Origin: a virus
Lineage: Duplodnaviria > Heunggongvirae > Uroviricota > Caudoviricetes
Reading direction: 5' to 3' (one strand)
Virus record (IMG/VR): IMGVR_UViG_2718217716_000005
DNA: 37,433 nt
Position 1 is the first letter of the stretch. The number at the start of each line of letters is the position of its first letter. The notes beneath the pieces were generated by a model. The model was not told where the DNA came from. It saw only the letters and a program-made list of their open reading frames with translations, and did no database searches. The position numbers and the translations under genes were made by a program. This document shows, one piece after another, positions 27,316-35,112 of this stretch.

Positions 27316-27535
27316 TCGTGGCCGCCTTACTGATTTGTGAAATGAGTTGCAGGGTACGTTGCTGGTTTGCCAGCACCAGACGGGCTTCGTCCCGTTCACG
27401 CACAAGCACATGATTATTGTCTTCAAGACGCTGTGTCTTCTGGTGCATTCCCCATACCACGGCAGCCAGCACGCTCATCACCCCCAGCGCCGCCATACAC
27501 CCTCCGGCAATCAGGGCCGGTAAGGGATTATTCAC
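27146..27535 (-). CDS. Inner-membrane spanin-like protein (Rz-like); start uncertain (GTG proposed)
   Basis: Hydrophobic N-terminal segment PALIAGGCMAALGVMSVLAAVVW followed by a charged coiled region, immediately after the endolysin gene. The ORF track's Met at 27667 lies inside the endolysin gene. Confidence 0.45.
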   Translation of the reverse strand: MNNPLPALIAGGCMAALGVMSVLAAVVWGMHQKTQRLEDNNHVLVRERDEARLVLANQQRTLQLISQISKAATNEKQQNMQHSEEQQSIVRRSLATVPAASVPVPDDVADRVRRAVCEIRAGEAGADPR

Positions 27536-27608
27536 CGCAGCCACAGCACACCCCGGAGCACCACAACGACACACAACAGCGCAATCATGAGTGGTCGCCA
27601 GAAGCGGT

Positions 27609-28109
27609 TCAGACTTTCGGCAAATCGTAGCGACATAACCATTCATCCGCCGAACGGCGGGCCTCAAGGCCGGGGAGTTTTACCCCCTTTGAATAAATCC
27701 AGCGGATATACTGCTTACAGGACGCGGGCATCTGCCCGGCATTGATAAGGCGCAGGAGCGTGGAGTTGCGAAAGTTCGTTTCACCGGCCCAGAAAATCCA
27801 GGAGGCCAGCGCCACCGTCTGACCACGGGTAAGCGGCACCTGAACATGACGATCGATAGCCGCAAAGGCCCATTTCATGTCCTTTTCCAGCAGCTCCAGA
27901 CACTCTTCATCAGTTTTTGTCATACCCGGTTTCACATCCGGGCCGGTATGGCCGTAACAGATGGTGGGGGTGCCGGTGGGATCAATGTACGTGGTGTTTT
28001 CTTTCCCTTCCCAGTAGCCGGTGTAGTGCGTGGCAATGGTGAACGTCCCGGCTCCGGCCAGAACAAGGGCAATCAGCTTTTTACGCAGGGGTGCGGGGAG
28101 TTTTGGCAT
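27609..28109 (-). CDS. Endolysin, lysozyme-like with SAR-type N-terminal signal-anchor
   Basis: N-terminus KKLIALVLAGAGTFTIA is a Gly/Ala-rich weak transmembrane segment. Catalytic-region pattern E-x8-D-x5-T (YWEGK...DPTG.PTICYGHTG). Confidence 0.75.
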   Translation of the reverse strand: MPKLPAPLRKKLIALVLAGAGTFTIATHYTGYWEGKENTTYIDPTGTPTICYGHTGPDVKPGMTKTDEECLELLEKDMKWAFAAIDRHVQVPLTRGQTVALASWIFWAGETNFRNSTLLRLINAGQMPASCKQYIRWIYSKGVKLPGLEARRSADEWLCRYDLPKV

Positions 28110-28110
28110 T

Positions 28111-28148
28111 GTTACGCTGTCTCATGGTGTTCTCTGAGTCAGCGTAAC
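28111..28148. promoter_or_regulatory. Perfect 9-bp inverted repeat (gttacgctg ... cagcgtaac, 20-nt spacer) immediately upstream of the endolysin start codon
   Basis: Seen directly; the 3' arm ends 1 nt before the lys ATG on the minus strand. Confidence 0.5.
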
Positions 28149-28180
28149 CGTGGGAAAAAGTGGGCAGGATTTGCGGAATA

Positions 28181-28603
28181 TCAGAAAAGCCGGGGCTGCG
28201 TGCGTTCCTGATGCAGGCGGCGCTGGGTGCGGATAACGGAGTAAATCTGCGTCTCTGACATCTGGTAGTGGCGGCGCAGGGTTTCAATTTTTTCGCCCTG
28301 GCTCCAGCGGGAAAAAATTTCATTATTGCGCAGTTCGGTGAAAAGGGATTCACCGACCGGGAGATAATAACCACGCCCGCCCATGTACCCGGCCTGTGCG
28401 GCCGCAACTTTACGGGCAAGCATTCCCGCCTGAGCAGATTCAATCCCCTGACGGTGCAGTTCAGCACTGATCACATCAACCAGGTCCCGCAGCGTGCCGG
28501 GCCAGTTCTTTTTCAGCTCATCATCAGGAATGTCATCCAGACGGTCAATCAGCGCGTGCAGCTGTTCGCTGTCACCAAACATGCTCATCTGTGTTTCAGC
28601 CAT
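28181..28603 (-). CDS. Mor/C-family transcriptional activator (140 aa), the only member in the window
   Basis: Size and position directly upstream of lys. C-terminal helix-turn-helix-like IETLRRHYQMSETQIYSVIRTQRR, GGAGG ribosome-binding site. Confidence 0.7.
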   Translation of the reverse strand: MAETQMSMFGDSEQLHALIDRLDDIPDDELKKNWPGTLRDLVDVISAELHRQGIESAQAGMLARKVAAAQAGYMGGRGYYLPVGESLFTELRNNEIFSRWSQGEKIETLRRHYQMSETQIYSVIRTQRRLHQERTQPRLF

Positions 28604-28645
28604 ACCCGCCTCCGGTCATCATTACACAGGGCAAGTTTAAAATAA

Positions 28646-28669
28646 AAATCCCGCGCTGTGGCGGGATTT
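28646..28669. terminator. Hairpin aaatcccgc-gctgtg-gcgggattt (bidirectional terminator-like), left copy of a ~35-bp direct repeat
   Basis: 9-bp perfect stem flanked by A-run and T-run. Near-identical copy at 29291-29314. Confidence 0.6.
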
Positions 28670-28942
28670 AGGAATGTAACGAATAAACGAGCTTAACAAT
28701 ACCTGGACAAATATTGATCAGTTAATCGTGTAAGTGTATGATAAATATCATTTATTTATTCTTCTGAATATACCGATTGTTTTTTTACCACTGATGAGAT
28801 CATCACTGGTATATGCGAGCTGGTTGTCTTTAATTATCAAACATGCTTTGCCGTAAAAAAGCATGGAAAAAGACATAAAAACTAACGCTCTGAAGATAAC
28901 AAACCGTTCCTTTAACGTTTTTTTATACAGGACTATGTTCAT

Positions 28943-29284
28943 ATGACTTTTGGCCCCATCATTGAGTTTGAATCAGGCTATACCGATGACATGTACCAGT
29001 CCCTGCAGGATAATGGTATCAGATACACCCCTATTGCAGCTTTATCATACAATGTAACCGAAATGGTTGAGTTGCTCCATGCGGTTAACACGCCAGAAAC
29101 ATGGGCCGCTATTGTTCTCATCGTAAAAAAATGGATAAACCGACACAAGGATGCCAGTGTTGAATTAACCATGAATGAGAACGGGCAACTGACATCCGTA
29201 AAAATAAACGGCTACAACGTAAATGATCTGGATAAGCTTGGAGTACCCAGTTTGATTCGAGCTTCTTTTAAATCAGAGGAGTAA
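28943..29284 (+). CDS. Hypothetical protein (113 aa), opposite-strand low-GC insertion between GemA and the Mor/C activator
   Basis: ATG at 28943 after a very AT-rich 270-bp leader, followed immediately by a terminator hairpin. No recognisable motif. Confidence 0.6.
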   Translation: MTFGPIIEFESGYTDDMYQSLQDNGIRYTPIAALSYNVTEMVELLHAVNTPETWAAIVLIVKKWINRHKDASVELTMNENGQLTSVKINGYNVNDLDKLGVPSLIRASFKSEE

Positions 29285-29290
29285 AATAAG

Positions 29291-29314
29291 AAATCCCGCA
29301 CTGTGGCGGGATTT
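29291..29314. terminator. Hairpin aaatcccgc-actgtg-gcgggattt, right copy of the direct repeat
   Basis: Sits between the stop of the plus-strand gene (29284) and the stop of gemA (29318). Confidence 0.6.
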
Positions 29315-29317
29315 GGG

Positions 29318-29827
29318 TTAACAGGGGAATGATTTTTCATACAGCCTGCAAACGCGCTCATAACTCATCACTGCACGCTCCGACATATCCAGGGCTGCCA
29401 GCATTTTGCGGCGGTGCCAGCGTTTGAGACGCTCCAGCACATCAGAGGCCAGCTCGGGGTGTTGCTCCAGCCACTGCCAGTTAGCCACACCTTCGCCGCC
29501 GTTCTGCGCGGCCGTCTGCGATTTCACCCAGCGGTTAAGGGCCGTTTCCGCACCATCAGAAATAAAGCCCTGCCGGTGCATCACTTTCCAGATGGCGCGA
29601 ATTTTGGCGGTCACCGTACCCGGCTTTAAGGCCCGGTTAACCGGTTTCTGACGCACTTTAAAACCGCGTTTTTTGAAAACATCCAGTACGCGGGATAACT
29701 CATCCGGTGACATATCCCGGCAACTGGCTTTACCGGTGGCTGCCAGCAGTGCGGATGTATAGGTTTCATCATCCAGAGCAAGCTCGCGTTTTGCCACATG
29801 AATGGCAGATATCAGTTTTCCTCTCAT
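29318..29827 (-). CDS. gemA: GemA-like early regulatory protein
   Basis: 169-aa ORF with N-terminal pattern LISAIHVAKRELALDDETY...GKASCRDMSPDEL...FKKRGF typical of the Mu GemA family; last gene of the early block. Confidence 0.6.
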   Translation of the reverse strand: MRGKLISAIHVAKRELALDDETYTSALLAATGKASCRDMSPDELSRVLDVFKKRGFKVRQKPVNRALKPGTVTAKIRAIWKVMHRQGFISDGAETALNRWVKSQTAAQNGGEGVANWQWLEQHPELASDVLERLKRWHRRKMLAALDMSERAVMSYERVCRLYEKSFPC

Positions 29828-30135
29828 ACCGTATTTACCTTTTTACGGACATGGAAAGCCTTTTCTGGCTCATTCCACCGGATATGATGCGTTGGCGGAA
29901 TAATCATTATGTGCCAGCCATCTCTGGTTGTTATTCGACAGAAAAACTCACCGCTGTATAACACAATGGCCTGCTGAATAAGCGCATCCGCAGCCAGCTC
30001 AAGCAGATATCTTTTATCAAAAAGGCTGATAATTTTCCGGCATAACCACCGGGTGATAACAAATGCGCCGAAAAACGATGTGATATATAAACACCAGTAC
30101 AGCAGAGAAATATTGTCCGTTATTTGCTCATCCAT
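29824..30135 (-). CDS. Hypothetical early protein with N-terminal transmembrane segment (103 aa)
   Basis: ORF overlapping both neighbours; hydrophobic LLYWCLYITSFFGAFVI. Confidence 0.45.
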   Translation of the reverse strand: MDEQITDNISLLYWCLYITSFFGAFVITRWLCRKIISLFDKRYLLELAADALIQQAIVLYSGEFFCRITTRDGWHIMIIPPTHHIRWNEPEKAFHVRKKVNTV

Positions 30136-30460
30136 TGTGTATCTCCCGTAATTCCGGTAAAGCCGAAATATGGCACCAGTGCGTCACCTGTCCATCCTCA
30201 TCTTCAAGGCAGGCTCCGGTTTCTTCATCAACAAAAAAGCCTTCATACCCCATATGACCGATGCGCAGTTCCTGCCGGTGGTCATACTGAACAATCAGCA
30301 CAACAGCCTCCATATCAGGTGGGAAAGCATCATTCAGTGAATGCCAGGGATAACCTCGTAAATCCCCGAAATAAACACCGGTCAGCGTTCCGCCACAGAG
30401 CGGCATTCCGGCGGCACACACAAGAGGTTCATCTGATTCAACAAATAAGGTCGTTATCAT
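30128..30460 (-). CDS. Hypothetical early protein (110 aa)
   Basis: ORF with overlapping start and stop in the early operon. Confidence 0.45.
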   Translation of the reverse strand: MITTLFVESDEPLVCAAGMPLCGGTLTGVYFGDLRGYPWHSLNDAFPPDMEAVVLIVQYDHRQELRIGHMGYEGFFVDEETGACLEDEDGQVTHWCHISALPELREIHNG

Positions 30461-31008
30461 GGCGTTAACTCCTGTAATACAGCGTCCCCGGCAGTCCGAC
30501 GACGGTGATAAATAAAACTCACCGTGCCCTCGGATAATTCAAATTTCTCGCCTATTTCCCGGAAGGTAAGGCGTCGTGGCGACTCTGCATCCCGTAATTC
30601 ACGAATAAGACGAACATCATCGTCAGGTATACGGGTGAAGGGCAGCAATTCTCCGTATTTTTTCATGCTTATGCCCATATATCGCGCCCGATTATGAACA
30701 GAGTCCCGGTCTCGCCCCAGATATTCTCCTATTTGCTTACCGGTCATCGTTCTGGCATTTTTTCGGATAAATTTATCTTCATCAGGTTTAAATCTGGGAC
30801 GTTTGCATTTGAGCAACTGCGGGTAAATACCGCGTAATAAAATAATCCGGTTATATACTCCCCAGTAACTTCTTTTTACTCTGACAGCAATATCCTTAAC
30901 CGGGGTGGACGAATAAAGCGCAATCAGTAGCGCATCTTCTTCAGGTGTCCATGCGCGGACATGAGCGGGTGCCCGACCTTTTCGTCCCATGGGTTGTAAT
31001 ATCATCAT
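30457..31008 (-). CDS. Hypothetical DNA-binding early protein with several helix-turn-helix-like segments (183 aa)
   Basis: WTPEEDALLIALY (SANT/Myb-like), TGKQIGEYLGRDRDSVHNRARYMG, LTFREIGEKFELSEGTVSFIYHRRR. Confidence 0.5.
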   Translation of the reverse strand: MMILQPMGRKGRAPAHVRAWTPEEDALLIALYSSTPVKDIAVRVKRSYWGVYNRIILLRGIYPQLLKCKRPRFKPDEDKFIRKNARTMTGKQIGEYLGRDRDSVHNRARYMGISMKKYGELLPFTRIPDDDVRLIRELRDAESPRRLTFREIGEKFELSEGTVSFIYHRRRTAGDAVLQELTP

Positions 31009-31011
31009 GCA

Positions 31012-31527
31012 TCACCCCCTGACTCGCTTTTCAGCAGCATAAAACTCATCAGACAGTATTTCGGTCATTTTCCGTTTTGCGGAATCATCTTCGCACTGAA
31101 GGTAAATCACATCGTCAACGCAGAACCAGTTCACGGGGCCAAACAGTATTGCTGAGAAGTCAATGCCCAACCAGAACAACAGGGCATCGGTTCTGGCATA
31201 CGTGACGGGCGAATATTCACGCCACAGAATGTTCAGTTCATCAGAGGCAACACGCAGGGTTTTAGGTATACGTGATGTGCGCGGCGTGCAGCTCCAGCCA
31301 TTCGACGCAGTCGGTTTTCGCCATAAGTCGCGATGAAAAGGATATTTGTCATCCATAAAGCGCAGCCCCTTAAAACAAAATCCACTGATACCGGATACAA
31401 ATACCGGGCGGCACGCAACATTCAGCACGGCCTCAAGGCGTTTTGCCTCATCTTTTACCGTCTGGCAGTCCTGCTGGTATTTTTGCCACGCAGCCAGCGC
31501 GGAAGGGTTTGATGTTTTAAAGAACAT
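31012..31527 (-). CDS. Hypothetical early protein (171 aa)
   Basis: ORF in the early operon, tightly packed with neighbours. Confidence 0.45.
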   Translation of the reverse strand: MFFKTSNPSALAAWQKYQQDCQTVKDEAKRLEAVLNVACRPVFVSGISGFCFKGLRFMDDKYPFHRDLWRKPTASNGWSCTPRTSRIPKTLRVASDELNILWREYSPVTYARTDALLFWLGIDFSAILFGPVNWFCVDDVIYLQCEDDSAKRKMTEILSDEFYAAEKRVRG

Positions 31528-32060
31528 TACGCCACCTCCGCAGATATCCCGGCAGGTGCTGCCGTCCGGTCAACAATCAGGTAGCGCAGAACACGCGCGG
31601 TGATATTCCAGCCGCTTAAACCGCAGATGATGACACCAAGGCGTATGTCGATATACGCCATCACAAACTGGGGCACGCCTTCTTTCATGGCCTGCTCATC
31701 AACTTCAGCCACCACATAAACGGTTTCACAGGTCAGAACGCCCTGAGCAAATTCCCACGCCATCGACGGAATATCATGCCCCTCAATCCACGGCAGGGAT
31801 TTTCTGAAGCTGCACCACTGAACATCATCAGCCGCACATTCCTGGCTGCATTTGCGACGAACCGGCTGCACCGGGCGGGGACGCGGAATATCATAAAAAC
31901 CGTTACATTCCGTCAGCACGCCTGCATCAACCGCATCACGCAGAAAATAAACCATGGAGGATAGCGGCATATTCATTTTTTCTGCCAGAGAACGGCTGGT
32001 CAGACGGCCAGAAAAACGCAGCCAGTTTTTAACCCCTTCAAGCACTTTTGCATCAATCAT
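31527..32060 (-). CDS. Hypothetical early protein with N-terminal winged-helix-like segment (177 aa)
   Basis: ORF; N-terminal LTSRSLAEKMNMPLSSMVYFLRDAVDAGVL. Confidence 0.45.
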   Translation of the reverse strand: MIDAKVLEGVKNWLRFSGRLTSRSLAEKMNMPLSSMVYFLRDAVDAGVLTECNGFYDIPRPRPVQPVRRKCSQECAADDVQWCSFRKSLPWIEGHDIPSMAWEFAQGVLTCETVYVVAEVDEQAMKEGVPQFVMAYIDIRLGVIICGLSGWNITARVLRYLIVDRTAAPAGISAEVA

Positions 32061-32063
32061 GAA

Positions 32064-32606
32064 TTATTCCTCCGTAAGCGCCACATATTCAGAATGTTTA
32101 ATTTCCTGGCATTCTTCAGGAATACACCCGTTTATTTCCCTGCCATAAGCGCCTACTTTAAACACCACACACAGAGCATCACGGGAGAGCGACGGGGTCC
32201 ACCAGGAGTCCGTATTAAACATGGAGGGGATTCTCATTACCCCCAGCTTTTCACAGAGCCAGACAAGGAAATCAGGACGCTTCCTTAACTCGCGTTCAGC
32301 GGCTTCAATCATTGCGGCAATCGCCGGTCCTTCAGGGCATGACTCATCAGGTCTGGCTATAAAGCACTGTCCGCCACCGATAAAAGCCACATCATCGCGC
32401 TTACGCCAGCCCGCAGGTAGAGCACCAGAAAAATAAAACTCACTGATTACGTCCATGGCGAACGGCTTTAAGCGCAATCCGGCAGCGCCTGTATTTTTCA
32501 GTAACGCCCGAAGAATACTGTTGCGTAGCGGTAAAACAGTCTGTTGATATTTGGTGAAATATTTATTTGTCTGAGTTCTGTCTAATTTGAAATAAAAGTA
32601 TGTCAT
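32064..32606 (-). CDS. Hypothetical early protein (180 aa)
   Basis: ORF in the early operon. Confidence 0.45.
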   Translation of the reverse strand: MTYFYFKLDRTQTNKYFTKYQQTVLPLRNSILRALLKNTGAAGLRLKPFAMDVISEFYFSGALPAGWRKRDDVAFIGGGQCFIARPDESCPEGPAIAAMIEAAERELRKRPDFLVWLCEKLGVMRIPSMFNTDSWWTPSLSRDALCVVFKVGAYGREINGCIPEECQEIKHSEYVALTEE

Positions 32607-32703
32607 GTTTACGATTCCTTATTTTCAGCTTTCAGGCGCAGGCAGTCACCTGACGCGAGCGCCATAATTAAAACGATGTGATATTTAAAGATTTAATGCG
32701 GTG

Positions 32704-33234
32704 TTATTTATTCAGTCCGGCATCCTGTTCAAAAGGCTCGACTTCAAAATTTTCAGTACCTTTATTCACCTTAATACCGGCAATCCCTTTCACCGCATCC
32801 GGCTCTGCCAGGACAGCTTGCTTATTCACTTCCTCTTTCGTGCGGATGAATCGCTCAAGCCCCATACGGCGCAGCATTTCAATCACGCCTTCCACATCAC
32901 GGCTGACGCTGCATGATGGTTTTCCCAGCCGCCATGACACCGTTCCGGTGGTCAGATTGGCAGTTTTGGTTTCACCGCCGTTCGTCAGCTCATTGCGGTT
33001 GGTTTTACACCAGTCATGAATCCCCTTAAAAAGCACTTTGATTTCTTTTTTAAGGTTTTCAATCTGCGGCGTATAACGGGCGGTGATTTCTGCCACTTCG
33101 TCATTCATCGCCGTTTCCAGGCGCAGTGCCTCACGCTGCATATCCCCAAAGCGGCGGATATCGCGGCTGACCTCTTCACGGGTCTGCGGTGCCGCCTCGG
33201 CTGCGGCCTTTAATTTTGTAACGCGTTTTGCCAT
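32704..33234 (-). CDS. gam: Gam-like host-nuclease inhibitor (DNA-end binding)
   Basis: 176-aa protein with MAKRVTKLKAAAEAA... N-terminus and ...ELTNGGETKTANLTTGTVSWR...FIRTKEEVNKQAVL motifs characteristic of Mu Gam family. Confidence 0.7.
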   Translation of the reverse strand: MAKRVTKLKAAAEAAPQTREEVSRDIRRFGDMQREALRLETAMNDEVAEITARYTPQIENLKKEIKVLFKGIHDWCKTNRNELTNGGETKTANLTTGTVSWRLGKPSCSVSRDVEGVIEMLRRMGLERFIRTKEEVNKQAVLAEPDAVKGIAGIKVNKGTENFEVEPFEQDAGLNK

Positions 33235-33245
33235 TTTGTTTTTCC

Positions 33246-33617
33246 TTATTGCAGTGTGCCTGATGCTTTATGCACGCGGTGGCGTTTAATGATGGCATCC
33301 GCTCCAAAAGCCTGTGCAGATGCCTGAAATTCCGCTGAGAGAAACTGAATAATTGCAGGACTGTGATACTGGAGAATACTTGCATAAACGTCACAGAGTG
33401 ACGTCGGCCTGTTATCCGTATCACGTTCTGTTTTCACATCCACTCCAATCTTTTCATGCACTTCAACACAGTCATTGCCTGCCAACTTTTCGTCATGCGA
33501 AACATGATTAAATTCAAAAATAACGCGTACTTTGCTCATCCTGTTGTCCTCATTTCGTCTTAATAACTCATCCGGCGTCTGACCTGATGACAGAGCCGAA
33601 CCATGAAGTAACTTCAT
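33246..33617 (-). CDS. Hypothetical early protein (start at ATG overlapping the upstream stop)
   Basis: The ORF track extends to 33638; the Met at 33615-33617 gives an ATGA overlap with the upstream stop. Confidence 0.4.
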   Translation of the reverse strand: MKLLHGSALSSGQTPDELLRRNEDNRMSKVRVIFEFNHVSHDEKLAGNDCVEVHEKIGVDVKTERDTDNRPTSLCDVYASILQYHSPAIIQFLSAEFQASAQAFGADAIIKRHRVHKASGTLQ

Positions 33618-33880
33618 ACTTCCCAGTAGACCGTACATCCGCTTATGCGGGTGGCTTTTACACGGCGGCGCAGGCCATTGGTCTGAACAGTGATTTCAAT
33701 TTCACCGGTTCCCTTAACTTCGTTTACCGGCGGCGTGGTTTTCAGGGCATAACGTTGTGGGTAGCGTTTGCTGCGCTCCAGCACTGCACCGGCAAGTTCA
33801 GTCAGACGGCGTGCGCTGTTCAGGGAGTCGAATAAATTCATTTTGTTACCGCAGGATTGCATATTCATATAACACCTCAT
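33614..33880 (-). CDS. Hypothetical early protein (88 aa)
   Basis: ORF in the early operon. Confidence 0.4.
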   Translation of the reverse strand: MRCYMNMQSCGNKMNLFDSLNSARRLTELAGAVLERSKRYPQRYALKTTPPVNEVKGTGEIEITVQTNGLRRRVKATRISGCTVYWEV

Positions 33881-34108
33881 TTAGCTGACTTGTTTTGCAC
33901 CAACAGAACGGCATATTCCACTGTAAACCTCTGTCGCACCTTCGCGATCAAGTCCGGCAGATATCACCATTCGCGTGCGGTCATTAAATTCAAAAAGTAA
34001 ATCGCCACATTCTTTATTTTCGGCCAGTGAAATCACTTTCACGTTATCGAAATTAACCAGGTAAAAGCGTCCGTAGATATCAGGAATATTAAATGCAGCC
34101 ATAATCAC
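33881..34108 (-). CDS. Small early protein immediately after B (Mu kil position)
   Basis: 75-aa ORF whose ATG overlaps the B stop; size and position as Mu kil, no sequence-level confirmation. Confidence 0.4.
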   Translation of the reverse strand: MIMAAFNIPDIYGRFYLVNFDNVKVISLAENKECGDLLFEFNDRTRMVISAGLDREGATEVYSGICRSVGAKQVS

Positions 34109-35037
34109 ACCTGTGAGAGTAATTCAGGGTTGGTATAAACCTCTTTAAAGGCCGCATTAATATGTTTTTCTGTCAGCGCGGCACCTTCACCGCTGGCGGT
34201 GATCCACGCCTGGTTAAGCGTATGTGTCAGAACGCGTAAGGCTCCCGGCTTTTCAGCGATAGCCTGCATGACAGCCAGCTCGGCCTCACCACTAATCCCC
34301 CATGCCCTGGCAATAGCCAGCACATCCGCCTTTTTGGCCTTGCGAAGTTGTTTTGTACGGGCAAGACGGCTGAACAGGCGCGATAAATCATCAACGGTGC
34401 GGCGTCCACCCTTAAACAGTCCGCGCGGGTTACCAATAAGCACCATCCCGATCCCCGTGGCGTCCTGGATTGCACGCAGTTGTTCCAGACCGTCAATACC
34501 AAGATGATCCGCCTCATCAACAATCACCAGTCCACGAGTTCCCATCAGGCGACGGCGGATGGCGCGGGATAACGCCCCCTTGTTCGCGCGGGTGTAATCA
34601 ATCCCCAGTTCCTCTGCCAGCTCCAGCATACACTCCGTGACGCTGGAATGCGCGGGCGACAGGGTGATCATCCAGGTGTTCGGTTGCTCCTGACAGTAAT
34701 TGCGGGCCGTGGCCGTTTTACCCACACCCGGTACGCCCACAATGACGTTAATACAGCCCATCAGGCGAACCGCCTGAAACAGCGCGCGCAGCTCCTGGAC
34801 TGTCTGCGTTTCCACAAACTGCGGCGGTTCCGGCAGTGCGCTTTGTTTATTCCAGTTCTCATACCAGGAACGCAGGGAAGCAGCCACAGCAGCGTTATCG
34901 CCTTTATATTTTCCCTTACGGAAAGCCGATAATGTGCCGTCGGAAATTCCCGCCTCTCTGGCGATGGCATACTGCGTCAGTACGCCGCCATCAATAAGTT
35001 CATCAATGGTCTTGATTACATCGTTTATATCGGTCAT
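34105..35037 (-). CDS. B: MuB-like transposition ATPase / target DNA activator
   Basis: Walker A VGVPGVGKT, DEAD-like IVDEADHL, and ...KPGALRVL... motifs matching Mu B; downstream of the transposase. Confidence 0.85.
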   Translation of the reverse strand: MTDINDVIKTIDELIDGGVLTQYAIAREAGISDGTLSAFRKGKYKGDNAAVAASLRSWYENWNKQSALPEPPQFVETQTVQELRALFQAVRLMGCINVIVGVPGVGKTATARNYCQEQPNTWMITLSPAHSSVTECMLELAEELGIDYTRANKGALSRAIRRRLMGTRGLVIVDEADHLGIDGLEQLRAIQDATGIGMVLIGNPRGLFKGGRRTVDDLSRLFSRLARTKQLRKAKKADVLAIARAWGISGEAELAVMQAIAEKPGALRVLTHTLNQAWITASGEGAALTEKHINAAFKEVYTNPELLSQV

Positions 35038-35112
35038 ATTATTACCTCGCGTTTGTGTAGTTCCTTTGTTTAATCAAATAACCTGAGTCGCCGCTCGGGT
35101 TATTTTTTTATT

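Noticed and set aside
27536-27667. Inner-membrane spanin starting at the ATG at 27667
   Set aside because: That start lies inside the endolysin gene. A separate short frame (MIALLCVVVVLRGVLWLR, then stop) also looks membrane-like but terminates at once; a start after the endolysin stop is more plausible.
28748-28942. 64-aa minus-strand ORF in the AT-rich leader of the plus-strand insertion
   Set aside because: It lies in the AT-rich promoter region with an Ile/Lys/Phe-rich translation and no ribosome-binding site; likely an artefact of AT-rich sequence.
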